Shown in pieces: positions 19,782-28,962 of a stretch of DNA of 64,000 nt. Positions within the stretch are counted from its first letter, which is position 1, and each line of letters begins with the position of its first letter. The stretch lies in NCBI GenBank assembly GCA_041572575.1, contig JBFFSH010000003.1:7081-71080 (forward strand), in the 5' to 3' direction. A program made the position numbers and the translations under genes. The stretch is from Thermodesulfobacteriota bacterium. GTDB taxonomy: Bacteria > Desulfobacterota_D > UBA1144 > Nemesobacterales > N074bin48. The notes under the pieces are model-generated. The model searched no databases and had not been told where the DNA came from. It saw only the letters and a program-made list of their open reading frames with translations.

Positions 19782-20633
19782 ATGGCAGAGCTTATAGATG
19801 GGAAAGTAGTATCACAGAGCGTTAGGGATGAAGTGCAGGAGCTTACAAGCAAATTGATGGATGATACGGGAATAGTCCCCGGGCTTGCAGCGGTGCTAGT
19901 AGGTGATGATCCCGCATCTGAGATTTATGTAAGGAACAAGAGAAAGGCATGTGAAAAAGTAGGTATATACTCTGAAGAACACAAACTGCCTGCTGAAACC
20001 ACCGAGGAAGACTTGCTCGCTTTAGTAAATAAACTAAACGATGATCCAAAGATTCACGGTATATTGGTTCAGCTTCCACTACCCGACCATATTAATGAAA
20101 CCACAATCCTGCGCACCGTGTCCCCTTTCAAAGATGTAGACGGGTTTCATCCCTACAATGTGGGCCTGCTAGTAGAAGGTAACCCCAGGTTTGTTTCATG
20201 CACACCTGCTGGAATTATAAGAATGCTGGAACATTACAATCTTGATATAAAGGGCAAAGAGGTTGTAGTGGTAGGTAGAAGCAACATCGTAGGAAAACCT
20301 GTATCTATGCTCCTTCTTCACAGGCACGGTACCGTAACAATCTGTCATTCGAGAACAAAGGACTTAAAGGAAGTTGCAAACAGGGCTGATATTCTTGTTG
20401 CCGCAATAGGAAGGGCTGACTTCATAACCGGTGATATGGTAAAAGACGGTGCTGTTGTGATTGATGTAGGAATCAATAGAAAAGATGACGGCAAGCTCAC
20501 AGGTGACGTGGACTTCGACGCAGTGAGCGAAAAAGCATCTTACATCACTCCGGTTCCCGGAGGAGTGGGCCCAATGACAATAGCAATGCTTCTCTATAAC
20601 ACATATCTATCTGCAAAGAGTACTGCTGAGTGA
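19782..20633 (+). CDS. folD: Bifunctional methylenetetrahydrofolate dehydrogenase/cyclohydrolase
   Basis: 283 aa. [20 protein letters not shown] and [13 protein letters not shown] motifs. Confidence 0.95.
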   Translation: MAELIDGKVVSQSVRDEVQELTSKLMDDTGIVPGLAAVLVGDDPASEIYVRNKRKACEKVGIYSEEHKLPAETTEEDLLALVNKLNDDPKIHGILVQLPLPDHINETTILRTVSPFKDVDGFHPYNVGLLVEGNPRFVSCTPAGIIRMLEHYNLDIKGKEVVVVGRSNIVGKPVSMLLLHRHGTVTICHSRTKDLKEVANRADILVAAIGRADFITGDMVKDGAVVIDVGINRKDDGKLTGDVDFDAVSEKASYITPVPGGVGPMTIAMLLYNTYLSAKSTAE

Positions 20634-20640
20634 TAGTATA

Positions 20641-21528
20641 ATGATTAAACTATTCACAGTACTATCATTACTCTGTTTCTTATATCCTCAAATAGTACTG
20701 TCCGAATCAGTCACTTTTACCTTCAATCCTCCTGATGGGTATAAAGTAATAAGTTATGGAAAATCAAACAGGGTTTATTATATAGATGGCAAAAAGAATA
20801 AAATACAGTCAAATAAAATTAATACTGAAACAATATTTACTAAAAATTTGAATGGATTCAAAATTATAAGAAAAGTTATTTTAGCGGAGTCATTTGAAAA
20901 TGGTAAAAGATTAGAATCACCTGCTGGAAAGGTATTGATTGGAAATGTAATGACGTATATTACAGACAATAAAGGCAACCTTCTATCGATAGAAGGGCTT
21001 GATTCATTACTCAATAATCTTAAGAAAACTATACATCCCGATAAACAACATCTTGCTGTAAAAGTATTTAACACCGAGGTGAGGAAGAAAAAAGAATTTG
21101 ATGACTGGCAAAACAATATAACAAAATTTGTAGGGAAATCAGTAAAAGATGGAACGGTTGGTTATACTATATCCTCACTTAATCTATACGGTGATATATT
21201 AAAATATCTTAAGCAGATGAATTTCGTTGATGTAAAGAAAGACTCTGTGAAAATAAACTATAAATACACAACTAAAAAACCTACAATACATAATTGGTTA
21301 AAAGAAATTAACCCAGTAGTAGTAGAAAAACTTAATCTTGATCAGATAGATTATAGTTCTTATGGTATAAATGGCAGCGGATATGAGATAATAAATCCAA
21401 AGACCATGATCAGCAAAGAAAAGCATAGTAAAATAATATTAGAATATGTAACTACTTATGATGATGGTTCCCAACACGAAATAAAAAGAATACAAACAAA
21501 AAATACTAGATATGAAATAGCCAATTGA
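20641..21528 (+). CDS. Secreted hypothetical protein (Asn/Lys-rich)
   Basis: 295 aa with N-terminal signal peptide. Lies 8 nt downstream of folD. No recognisable domain. Confidence 0.5.
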   Translation: MIKLFTVLSLLCFLYPQIVLSESVTFTFNPPDGYKVISYGKSNRVYYIDGKKNKIQSNKINTETIFTKNLNGFKIIRKVILAESFENGKRLESPAGKVLIGNVMTYITDNKGNLLSIEGLDSLLNNLKKTIHPDKQHLAVKVFNTEVRKKKEFDDWQNNITKFVGKSVKDGTVGYTISSLNLYGDILKYLKQMNFVDVKKDSVKINYKYTTKKPTIHNWLKEINPVVVEKLNLDQIDYSSYGINGSGYEIINPKTMISKEKHSKIILEYVTTYDDGSQHEIKRIQTKNTRYEIAN

Positions 21529-21588
21529 TAATAATTAGTATCCGTTTCTCACTGCTTTCCAAATTATTACATATATAACTAATACAAA

Positions 21589-23523
21589 ATGCCTTTAATC
21601 AGTCTAAACGAAGTTAAACTTTCCTTTGGTGGGCCTCTGCTTTTTGATGATCTGAACTTACAGATTGAGCATGGTGAGAGGGTTGCGCTTATTGGAAGGA
21701 ACGGAGTTGGTAAGACCTCGCTTATGAAGGTTATTGCTCGGGAGTTGGATATTGATGATGGTAAGATCACTTATCAAAAAGGTTTAACTGTTACTCATCT
21801 TCCTCAGGAAATTCCAAAACAGATGGAGGGTAAAGCATTTGATATTGTTCTATCCGGACTTGGAGAGCGGGCAAAGCTTATTAATGACTATTACCATCTG
21901 AGTCGAGAGGTAAGTAGTAAGAGCAGTCCCGAATTACTTAAAAGGCTCGATGCATTGCAGTCCGAGCTTGAGAGGACAGATGGCTGGAAGATTGAAAACG
22001 AGGTGGAATCGGTAATTAGTCACCTTGGTCTCGAACCCGAAAGTGAATTTCGCAATCTCTCTGGCGGGCAGAAAAGAAGGGTACTGCTTGCAAGAGCTTT
22101 AGTTATTAATCCTGATCTACTCATGCTTGATGAGCCCACAAACCATCTGGATATTGATTCAATACAATGGCTTGAAGAATTTTTAAAGGCATGTAAAAGC
22201 ACACTTTTTTTTGTAACTCATGACAGGAAATTTATGAAAAATCTTGCTACACGGATTATAGAGCTTGACCGCGGGAGCATATTTAACTGGCAGTGTGATT
22301 ACGATACATTTTTACAGAGAAAGCAGCAGGAGTTGGATTCTGAAGGAAAGCATAATGCGCTTTTTGATAAAAAACTTGCTGCTGAAGAATTATGGCTCAG
22401 AAAGGGAGTAAGAGCAAGGCGGACAAGAAATGAGGGCCGTGTGAGAGCCCTCATGAAAATGAGAGAAGAAAAACGTGCCCGCAGGACAGAAATTGGCAAC
22501 GCTAAAATGCTTACTCAAAAATCCGAGATTTCAGGACGCCAGGTAATCAAGGCTACAAAAATTAGTTTTAGCTATCATGATCAAAAACTAATTCATGACT
22601 TTTCTACACTTATTATGCGTGGTGAGAAAGTAGGAATTATTGGTCCCAATGGATCAGGAAAGACTACGTTGATTAATCTGTTACTAGGAAATATTAAACC
22701 ACAAGAGGGAGAGGTTATTGTAGGCACCAATCTTGAAATTGCCTACTTTGATCAGCTGAGAGAACAGCTGGATGAAAGCAAAAACGTAATGGACAATGTT
22801 GGCGGGGGAAAAGATACTGTCACGATTAACGGCAAAGACCGTCATATTATTGGATACCTGCAGGATTTTCTTTTTTCTTCAGACAGGTGCAAGGAAAAGA
22901 TACACAGGCTTTCGGGGGGCGAGCGCAACAGGCTTGTGCTTGCAAAATTATTTACTCGACCCTCTAATCTGCTCGTGATGGACGAGCCTACAAATGACCT
23001 CGATATTGAAACTTTGGAACTGCTGGAAGACCTGCTGGTTGAATATCCGGGTACTATCATTTTAGTAAGCCACGATAGGGAATTTTTAGACAATGTTGTC
23101 ACTTCTACAATTGTATTTGAAGGTAATGGTAAATTAAATGAATATCCGGGGGGCTACTATGACTGGCTCTATCAAAGAGAAAAGCTGGTTTATAATTCGC
23201 AGAATAAAAAAGAAGAAAAAGCAGATATAGAGATAATAAAGCCGGTAAAGAAGAATTCACCCAAACCCAGGAAGCTTAGTTTTAAAGAAAATAAAGAACT
23301 GGAAGAACTACCGCAAATAATAGAAAAGCTTGAGCAGGAACAAAAAGAGATTTTTACTACCCTTTCAGATGCAGGTTACTATAAAAAGGATCCAAAAGAA
23401 ATTGAATCCACTCAGGCAAGGTCAGAACAAATTGAAAAAGAAATTTCAAATGCATACGAACGTTGGAATTACCTGGAACAGCTAAGAGAAGAAATACAAA
23501 GAGAGGCAGCTACAACTAATTAA
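21589..23523 (+). CDS. uup: ABC-F family ATPase (Uup-like), two ABC domains plus C-terminal coiled-coil
   Basis: 644 aa. Two Walker A (GRNGVGKTS, GPNGSGKTT), two LSGG signatures, an inter-domain linker and a charged C-terminal helix. Confidence 0.88.
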   Translation: MPLISLNEVKLSFGGPLLFDDLNLQIEHGERVALIGRNGVGKTSLMKVIARELDIDDGKITYQKGLTVTHLPQEIPKQMEGKAFDIVLSGLGERAKLINDYYHLSREVSSKSSPELLKRLDALQSELERTDGWKIENEVESVISHLGLEPESEFRNLSGGQKRRVLLARALVINPDLLMLDEPTNHLDIDSIQWLEEFLKACKSTLFFVTHDRKFMKNLATRIIELDRGSIFNWQCDYDTFLQRKQQELDSEGKHNALFDKKLAAEELWLRKGVRARRTRNEGRVRALMKMREEKRARRTEIGNAKMLTQKSEISGRQVIKATKISFSYHDQKLIHDFSTLIMRGEKVGIIGPNGSGKTTLINLLLGNIKPQEGEVIVGTNLEIAYFDQLREQLDESKNVMDNVGGGKDTVTINGKDRHIIGYLQDFLFSSDRCKEKIHRLSGGERNRLVLAKLFTRPSNLLVMDEPTNDLDIETLELLEDLLVEYPGTIILVSHDREFLDNVVTSTIVFEGNGKLNEYPGGYYDWLYQREKLVYNSQNKKEEKADIEIIKPVKKNSPKPRKLSFKENKELEELPQIIEKLEQEQKEIFTTLSDAGYYKKDPKEIESTQARSEQIEKEISNAYERWNYLEQLREEIQREAATTN

Positions 23524-23528
23524 ATACT

Positions 23529-24245
23529 ATGTCAGATTACGATGTTATTGGAAAATTTTATGATGATATCATGGGTGATCAGAAAGAATCTGCCAGACAG
23601 ATACATAATCTGATTAAGAAGAGTTGCCCTAAAGCAAAAACTTTACTGGAACTTGGCTGCGGCACGGGCTCATACTTAAAATATTTGTCCAAATATTATG
23701 AAACTACCGGTATTGATAGTTCTTCTGTCATGTTATCAATTGCAAGAGAAAAGCTTCCGGATACAGAGCTTTACCAGGCAAGCATGCTCGAGGTTAAACT
23801 GGAAAGGAAGTTTGATGTGGTTATTTGTATGAATGATACATTCAACCACCTAACAAAAATAGCAGATCTAAAGAGATTATTTTCAAATTCATTTGATCAT
23901 CTAATAGAAAAGGGAATATTAATCTTTGATATAAATACAGAACACAAACTAAGGTCTCTTTCAGAAACTCCACCAATTGTTCATCAATTTGATGAAAACT
24001 ATTTTATTACAAATGTAACCCGTGAGAATAAAGATATATATGAATGGGATCTGAGGATTTTTGAGCACATATCTGATAATACATACAACCTGTATGAAGA
24101 ACTGTTGTATGAGCGGTCCTATTCGGTTGCCCAAATAAAGGATTATCTTGGTAAAAAATTTAAAAATATTAGAGTTTTAGATTTAAGCAGCAAAAAAACA
24201 AGCCCTGAATCTCAAAGGCTGCATTTTACATGTACTAAAAAGTAA
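23529..24245 (+). CDS. Class I SAM-dependent methyltransferase
   Basis: 238 aa. LELGCGTGSY motif I. Lies 6 nt after uup. Confidence 0.8.
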   Translation: MSDYDVIGKFYDDIMGDQKESARQIHNLIKKSCPKAKTLLELGCGTGSYLKYLSKYYETTGIDSSSVMLSIAREKLPDTELYQASMLEVKLERKFDVVICMNDTFNHLTKIADLKRLFSNSFDHLIEKGILIFDINTEHKLRSLSETPPIVHQFDENYFITNVTRENKDIYEWDLRIFEHISDNTYNLYEELLYERSYSVAQIKDYLGKKFKNIRVLDLSSKKTSPESQRLHFTCTKK

Positions 24246-24259
24246 TTGCTCTTGATAAT

Positions 24260-24299
24260 AAAATGCGGGAGTAAACTAAATTGCTTACACCCGCATTTT
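24260..24299. terminator. Putative intrinsic terminator hairpin (10-bp perfect stem AAAATGCGGG / CCCGCATTTT)
   Basis: Perfect inverted repeat 15 nt after the methyltransferase stop. The 3' arm ends in TTTT. Confidence 0.5.
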
Positions 24300-24498
24300 C
24301 CTAATTAAAGGAGGATGGAGGATGGCATGTAATTAAGTAATTAACTTAATATTTATTAATAATATAAAGCACAATACTTAATTGTCAATCTTTAATTTTA
24401 TTCTTACTGAAATATTATATATTGAGTGAGTAGACAGAATTTGGGTAATATCCGAATTAATTATTAAATATTAATAAATGGTCTGCAAGTATCCTAAA

Positions 24499-24846
24499 TC
24501 AAAGAAGTTTTTTCTTGAATTTGTTTACAGACTCATCTACATAATTAACCCGGTCTAAAAGTTTGGTAAAAACTACCGGATAGTCTGATTCAACTGCACC
24601 CCTGTTATCCGGAACACCATAATACCCTGGATTTCCCGGATCACCCCTATGGCCAATCCTCTCAGGATGTCTCTCTTTAGTATCAATAACCATGCCATCC
24701 TGAAGCTTTCCCACATACTCACCGTTCATCTTGTGGACATTTTCTCCATTTAGCTGTCCTACGGCCTGACCATGCAGAGTATGAATATAACCTGAATTTA
24801 TATAACCTACAGGGTTTCCCTGATCATCATAAACATATTTTGGCAT
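24499..24846 (-). CDS. Hypothetical small protein with ~12-aa Gly-containing repeats
   Basis: 115 aa. Repeated G.(P/A/Y)VG.L(N/Q)G..V(H/I) units. Isolated between two ~160-250-nt AT-rich intergenic regions. Confidence 0.45.
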   Translation of the reverse strand: MPKYVYDDQGNPVGYINSGYIHTLHGQAVGQLNGENVHKMNGEYVGKLQDGMVIDTKERHPERIGHRGDPGNPGYYGVPDNRGAVESDYPVVFTKLLDRVNYVDESVNKFKKKLL

Positions 24847-25002
24847 CTTGAAATCTCCTAAATATATTTTAGCCCATATAAATTAAAGCTGATGGATAAT
24901 GCGCTGGTATATGTAAATATTTTAACTAAAAAATCATAATTTGTGGAGTTATTAGATCTAAAGAGTTTGTATTTCTCTATTAATCATTAATATAAAACCT
25001 TA

Positions 25003-25878
25003 ATGTCATCAAACAACTGGAAGATAATTCTATTAATTTTTACAATCATTACGTGGGGCTACTCATGGATACTAATGAAGCAATCACTTCAGTATATGGA
25101 ACCATTTACTTTTATAGCCCTCAGGCATGTTGTGGCTGCTATTGTACTGCTACCTCTTATGCTTTTTCATGGTTCTTTTAAGTTAAAGAATTTTAGCAAT
25201 CCGCACTTTTTTTTAATTGGCCTTATTCAAACCGCTGCCATGATGGCTTTTATAATCTACGGGATGAAGTTTGTAACGGCAGGTAAAACCTCTGTGATAG
25301 TCTATACAATGCCCGTGTGGACAAGTCTGTTGTTACATTTCTTACTAAAAGAAAAGCTGAATAATGCTAAATGGACAGGAGTTGGATTAGGGCTTATTGG
25401 TACGCTTTGCATTTTAGGCTGGGATGCGATTTCGGTTCAGAGCAGAGATATAATATATGGAGAAGCATTAATAATACTTGCTGCTGTCTGTTGGGCTGCC
25501 TCAAATATATTAAACAGAAAAAAACTAAACAATGAAAATCCCTTTATTGTAAATGGTTATCAGCTTTTTTACGGTGCCGTTATTTTAGTAATACTGGCGT
25601 ATATATCAGAAGGAGCTTTTAAGGTAGACTGGAACTATCATTCTGTATTCATTGTGCTTTTTACAGGCATAGTCGCTTCAGCAATAAATTTTTCCATATG
25701 GTTTTATCTCATAAACAGCTATGATATCAATATTACCACTTCATCATCCCTTCTTGTTCCTGTTGTAGGCATAGTTTTAGACTGGTTCATACTTGGAACA
25801 ACACTGGACATAGGTGTGCTTGCCGGAGGTCTGTTGATTGTTCTGGGTCTGTATAAAATTTCAACCGCAAAAGCTTAA
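25003..25878 (+). CDS. EamA/DMT-family transporter
   Basis: 291 aa. Ten hydrophobic helices in two EamA-like halves. Confidence 0.85.
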   Translation: MSSNNWKIILLIFTIITWGYSWILMKQSLQYMEPFTFIALRHVVAAIVLLPLMLFHGSFKLKNFSNPHFFLIGLIQTAAMMAFIIYGMKFVTAGKTSVIVYTMPVWTSLLLHFLLKEKLNNAKWTGVGLGLIGTLCILGWDAISVQSRDIIYGEALIILAAVCWAASNILNRKKLNNENPFIVNGYQLFYGAVILVILAYISEGAFKVDWNYHSVFIVLFTGIVASAINFSIWFYLINSYDINITTSSSLLVPVVGIVLDWFILGTTLDIGVLAGGLLIVLGLYKISTAKA

Positions 25879-25916
25879 GACACCTTCGGCAAAACCTTAT
25901 CTGCAAAAAGCTTCAT

Positions 25917-26900
25917 TCATCTCATGGCCTCATCGTGGCTTATTCCAGGAAACTTGAACCTGCAAATAATGTTATTAACCGGTAGGTTTTCCTTATATTC
26001 ATTGATTTGATCTATACACTCTTCCGGAGTTCCTATGATAGCCTGATCCCTAGCTATACCGTATAGAACCGGATCATTCGGATCACTTAACAAGTTGCCT
26101 TCCCTGTCTACCATAGATCCCCAGGAGGCATATCCCTTTGCTGTGTATGTAACGTGTTCTTTAATATCTTCCCAAGCGTCATCACTCTTTTTATCAGATA
26201 TATACATCTCTCTTACAAGTGGTTTTTCAATTTCATCAGGATTATGACCATACTCTTCCAGCATTGACGAATGCATTCCAAATAGTGCTTTTATTATTGG
26301 AATCACTCCAATTGCCGGCACATACAGCGGCGCTCCAATTCTAGCTGCCCTTCTTATTGCAGGTTCTGTGAATGCTCCGATCCAAATAGGGATGGGCTGC
26401 TGTACTGGTTTTGGAGTTATATTAACATCTTTTAATCTATAATATTTACCATTGTGGCTGAACTTTCCATCTGCCCATGCCCTGGTAAAAATATCGAGGC
26501 TTTCTTCAATCCTGCCTTTTCTTTCTTTGAGCGCCCTTCCAAAGCCATCAAATTCCTCCTTCCTGTATCCAAGTCCAAGACCCAGTATTAGTCTGCCTTC
26601 TGAAATAAGATCTACTACAGCAGCATCTTCGGCAATACGTACGGGGTCGTGAAGAGGAATAAGAAGTACACCTGTTCCAATTCTTATGTTCTTAGTTCTT
26701 GCGGCAATGGCGCCTGCTGTTACCATAAGCGATGGGCAGTATCCATCAGCAAGGAAATGATGCTCAGTAAGCCATGCAGAGTCAAAACCCATTTGATCTG
26801 CCGTGCTAATTTCATCCAGCATCTCTTTATAAAGCTCAGCGTGTTTTCTTGGTTTATGCGGTGGTGACTGAAGACTGTAATATCCTATTCCGTATTTCAT
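25917..26900 (-). CDS. LLM-class (luciferase-like) flavin-dependent oxidoreductase, possibly F420-dependent
   Basis: 327 aa. GFDSAWLTEHHF and LILGLGLG motifs of the bacterial-luciferase-like TIM-barrel family. Confidence 0.85.
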   Translation of the reverse strand: MKYGIGYYSLQSPPHKPRKHAELYKEMLDEISTADQMGFDSAWLTEHHFLADGYCPSLMVTAGAIAARTKNIRIGTGVLLIPLHDPVRIAEDAAVVDLISEGRLILGLGLGYRKEEFDGFGRALKERKGRIEESLDIFTRAWADGKFSHNGKYYRLKDVNITPKPVQQPIPIWIGAFTEPAIRRAARIGAPLYVPAIGVIPIIKALFGMHSSMLEEYGHNPDEIEKPLVREMYISDKKSDDAWEDIKEHVTYTAKGYASWGSMVDREGNLLSDPNDPVLYGIARDQAIIGTPEECIDQINEYKENLPVNNIICRFKFPGISHDEAMR

Positions 26901-27151
26901 TATTGAATACCTCTTTTTAGTATTATTAATCCTTTATATCAAAATATTCTTATTTAATCAATAGTGAATATACTGTGGATAACTTTTGGTAATTATACAT
27001 AATTCTTTACACATAAATTAGCTAATAAATTAAATTTTACATATAAGATGCCGTAACCATAGAACATTATAATATTTGTGCCTGTTAATAATATGTTGGC
27101 ATCAATATTTATAAATAGTTAACAACATGTTGATAGATTGTTAATTAATGT

Positions 27152-27643
27152 TTATTGATAGAAAGTACCGATCTTCTTTACAATCTGAGCGCTACTTATG
27201 TTTTCAAGAATATTCGAAATTGACTTGTTTAATACGGGATGAATCAGATCTGGGCACAGTTCACATAAAGGTTCTATCACAAACCTTCTTAAATGCGCCT
27301 GCTTGTGGGGAATTACAAGTTTATCGCTCTTAAGAGTTAAATCGTTATAAAAAATAATATCAAGATCAATTGTTCGAGGGCTATAATCAGATTTACTCAG
27401 CCTTCCAAGCTTTTTTTCTGTAGTTATTAAAGAGCTCAGTAAATCCAGGGGCATCAATGGAGTTTTTATTTTTGCTGCACAGTTTATGAAATTATTTTGA
27501 CCCGTAACTCCCAGGGCCTCGGTTTCATAAAAGGAAGATACATCTTCTAAATCTACATATGCAGACAGTTCGTCTAAAGCCTTTATGCAGTGTTCTATTC
27601 TGTTTTCTATATTTGAGCCTAAACTCAAGTAAACTATGTTCAT
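27152..27643 (-). CDS. folK: 2-amino-4-hydroxy-6-hydroxymethyldihydropteridine pyrophosphokinase (HPPK)
   Basis: 163 aa. Begins VYLSLGSNIENR and contains IDLDIIFYND and PHKQAHLRRFVIEPL. Confidence 0.9.
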   Translation of the reverse strand: MNIVYLSLGSNIENRIEHCIKALDELSAYVDLEDVSSFYETEALGVTGQNNFINCAAKIKTPLMPLDLLSSLITTEKKLGRLSKSDYSPRTIDLDIIFYNDLTLKSDKLVIPHKQAHLRRFVIEPLCELCPDLIHPVLNKSISNILENISSAQIVKKIGTFYQ

Positions 27644-27696
27644 CTATATTGTATAATAATTAACATTTACAAAATTCCTAATTTAAGGAGGGGCCA

Positions 27697-27972
27697 ATGC
27701 TTCTTTCAGAAATGGATATTGAAAATAATCTGTCATCACTTGACGGCTGGGGACAGGCCGGGCTTGAGATAGAAAAGCAGTACAAATTTAAAAATTTCAT
27801 TGAATCTGTTGGTTTTGTAAATAAAGTGGCAATACTTGCAGAAAAGGCAGATCATCATCCTGATATTCTTATACAGTATTCAAAAGTTAAGATTTCACTC
27901 TCTACTCATAGTGAGGGAGGAATAACAGATAAAGATTTTAGTCTTGCAGGTGAAATAGAAGCTGTTAGTTAA
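27697..27972 (+). CDS. phhB: Pterin-4-alpha-carbinolamine dehydratase (PCD/DCoH)
   Basis: 91 aa. Reads ...KADHHPDILIQYSKVKISLSTH..., the PCD core motif. Confidence 0.85.
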   Translation: MLLSEMDIENNLSSLDGWGQAGLEIEKQYKFKNFIESVGFVNKVAILAEKADHHPDILIQYSKVKISLSTHSEGGITDKDFSLAGEIEAVS

Positions 27973-28001
27973 TTCTTAGCAGAAATAGAACTACTAAATA
28001 A

Positions 28002-28940
28002 TTAATGCGGCACTTTAATTTGTTCAAGTATTTCTTTTATCGCCTCTTCTTCTGTAGATACTTTTGAGGTTTCCGTTTTCATTATAACGCGGTGCGCAAG
28101 TACTGCTACCGCCATGTTTTTCACGTCATCGGGAATGCAGTAATCTCTGCCTTCAACTATTGCATTTGCCTGAGCCGCCAGCTTGAAAGCTATTGTTCCT
28201 CTTGGGCTTACTCCTAGGTCAAACAATGAATTATCACGAGTCTTGTTTACTATATCAAGAATGTATTCAAGTATGGATTCGTCTATGGTTACGTTATTTA
28301 CCATTGATTGCAATTGTAAAATATCATCTTTTGAAATTACGGGGCTTAACTGATCGCTTGAATTGTAGGGATTTGAATTTGTCATTATTTCTTTTTCACT
28401 CTCATAATCCGGATATCCAATGCTTATTCTTATCGCGAATCTGTCCAGCTGGTTTTCCGGGAGTGGAAACGTTCCTTTATACTCAAACGGGTTTTGGGTA
28501 GCAATTACAATAAAAGGCTGTACGAGTTTATAAGTTTTTCCATCAACGGTAACCTTTGATTCACTCATTGCCTGAAGCAGAGCACTCTGTGTTTTTGGTG
28601 TTGCACGGTTTATTTCATCAGCAAGAACTATGCTTGAAAAAATCGGACCCGGGGAAAATTTAAATTCAGTTTTGTTCTGATCAAAAATAGAAACGCCAAG
28701 AATATCGGAGGGAAGCAGGTCGCTTGTAAACTGTATTCTGTTGTACGAGAGGTTTGTAGATTTGGCAAGTGACTGGGCAAGGGTTGTTTTACCAACACCC
28801 GGAACATCTTCAATAAGCACATGACCCCCTGATAAAAGGGCGACTATCACATCCCTTATTACCTCTTTTTTACCCTTTACTACTTTTTGAATATTTCTTT
28901 CTAACAGATTAACTTTCTGTGCTATTTCTGAACTGTCCAC
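28002..28940 (-). CDS. MoxR-family AAA+ ATPase
   Basis: 312 aa. Walker A VPGVGKT, Walker B VLADEINRA, and the MoxR C-terminal helical region. Confidence 0.9.
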   Translation of the reverse strand: MDSSEIAQKVNLLERNIQKVVKGKKEVIRDVIVALLSGGHVLIEDVPGVGKTTLAQSLAKSTNLSYNRIQFTSDLLPSDILGVSIFDQNKTEFKFSPGPIFSSIVLADEINRATPKTQSALLQAMSESKVTVDGKTYKLVQPFIVIATQNPFEYKGTFPLPENQLDRFAIRISIGYPDYESEKEIMTNSNPYNSSDQLSPVISKDDILQLQSMVNNVTIDESILEYILDIVNKTRDNSLFDLGVSPRGTIAFKLAAQANAIVEGRDYCIPDDVKNMAVAVLAHRVIMKTETSKVSTEEEAIKEILEQIKVPH

Positions 28941-28962
28941 ATTAAATCCTTTATTTCAATTT

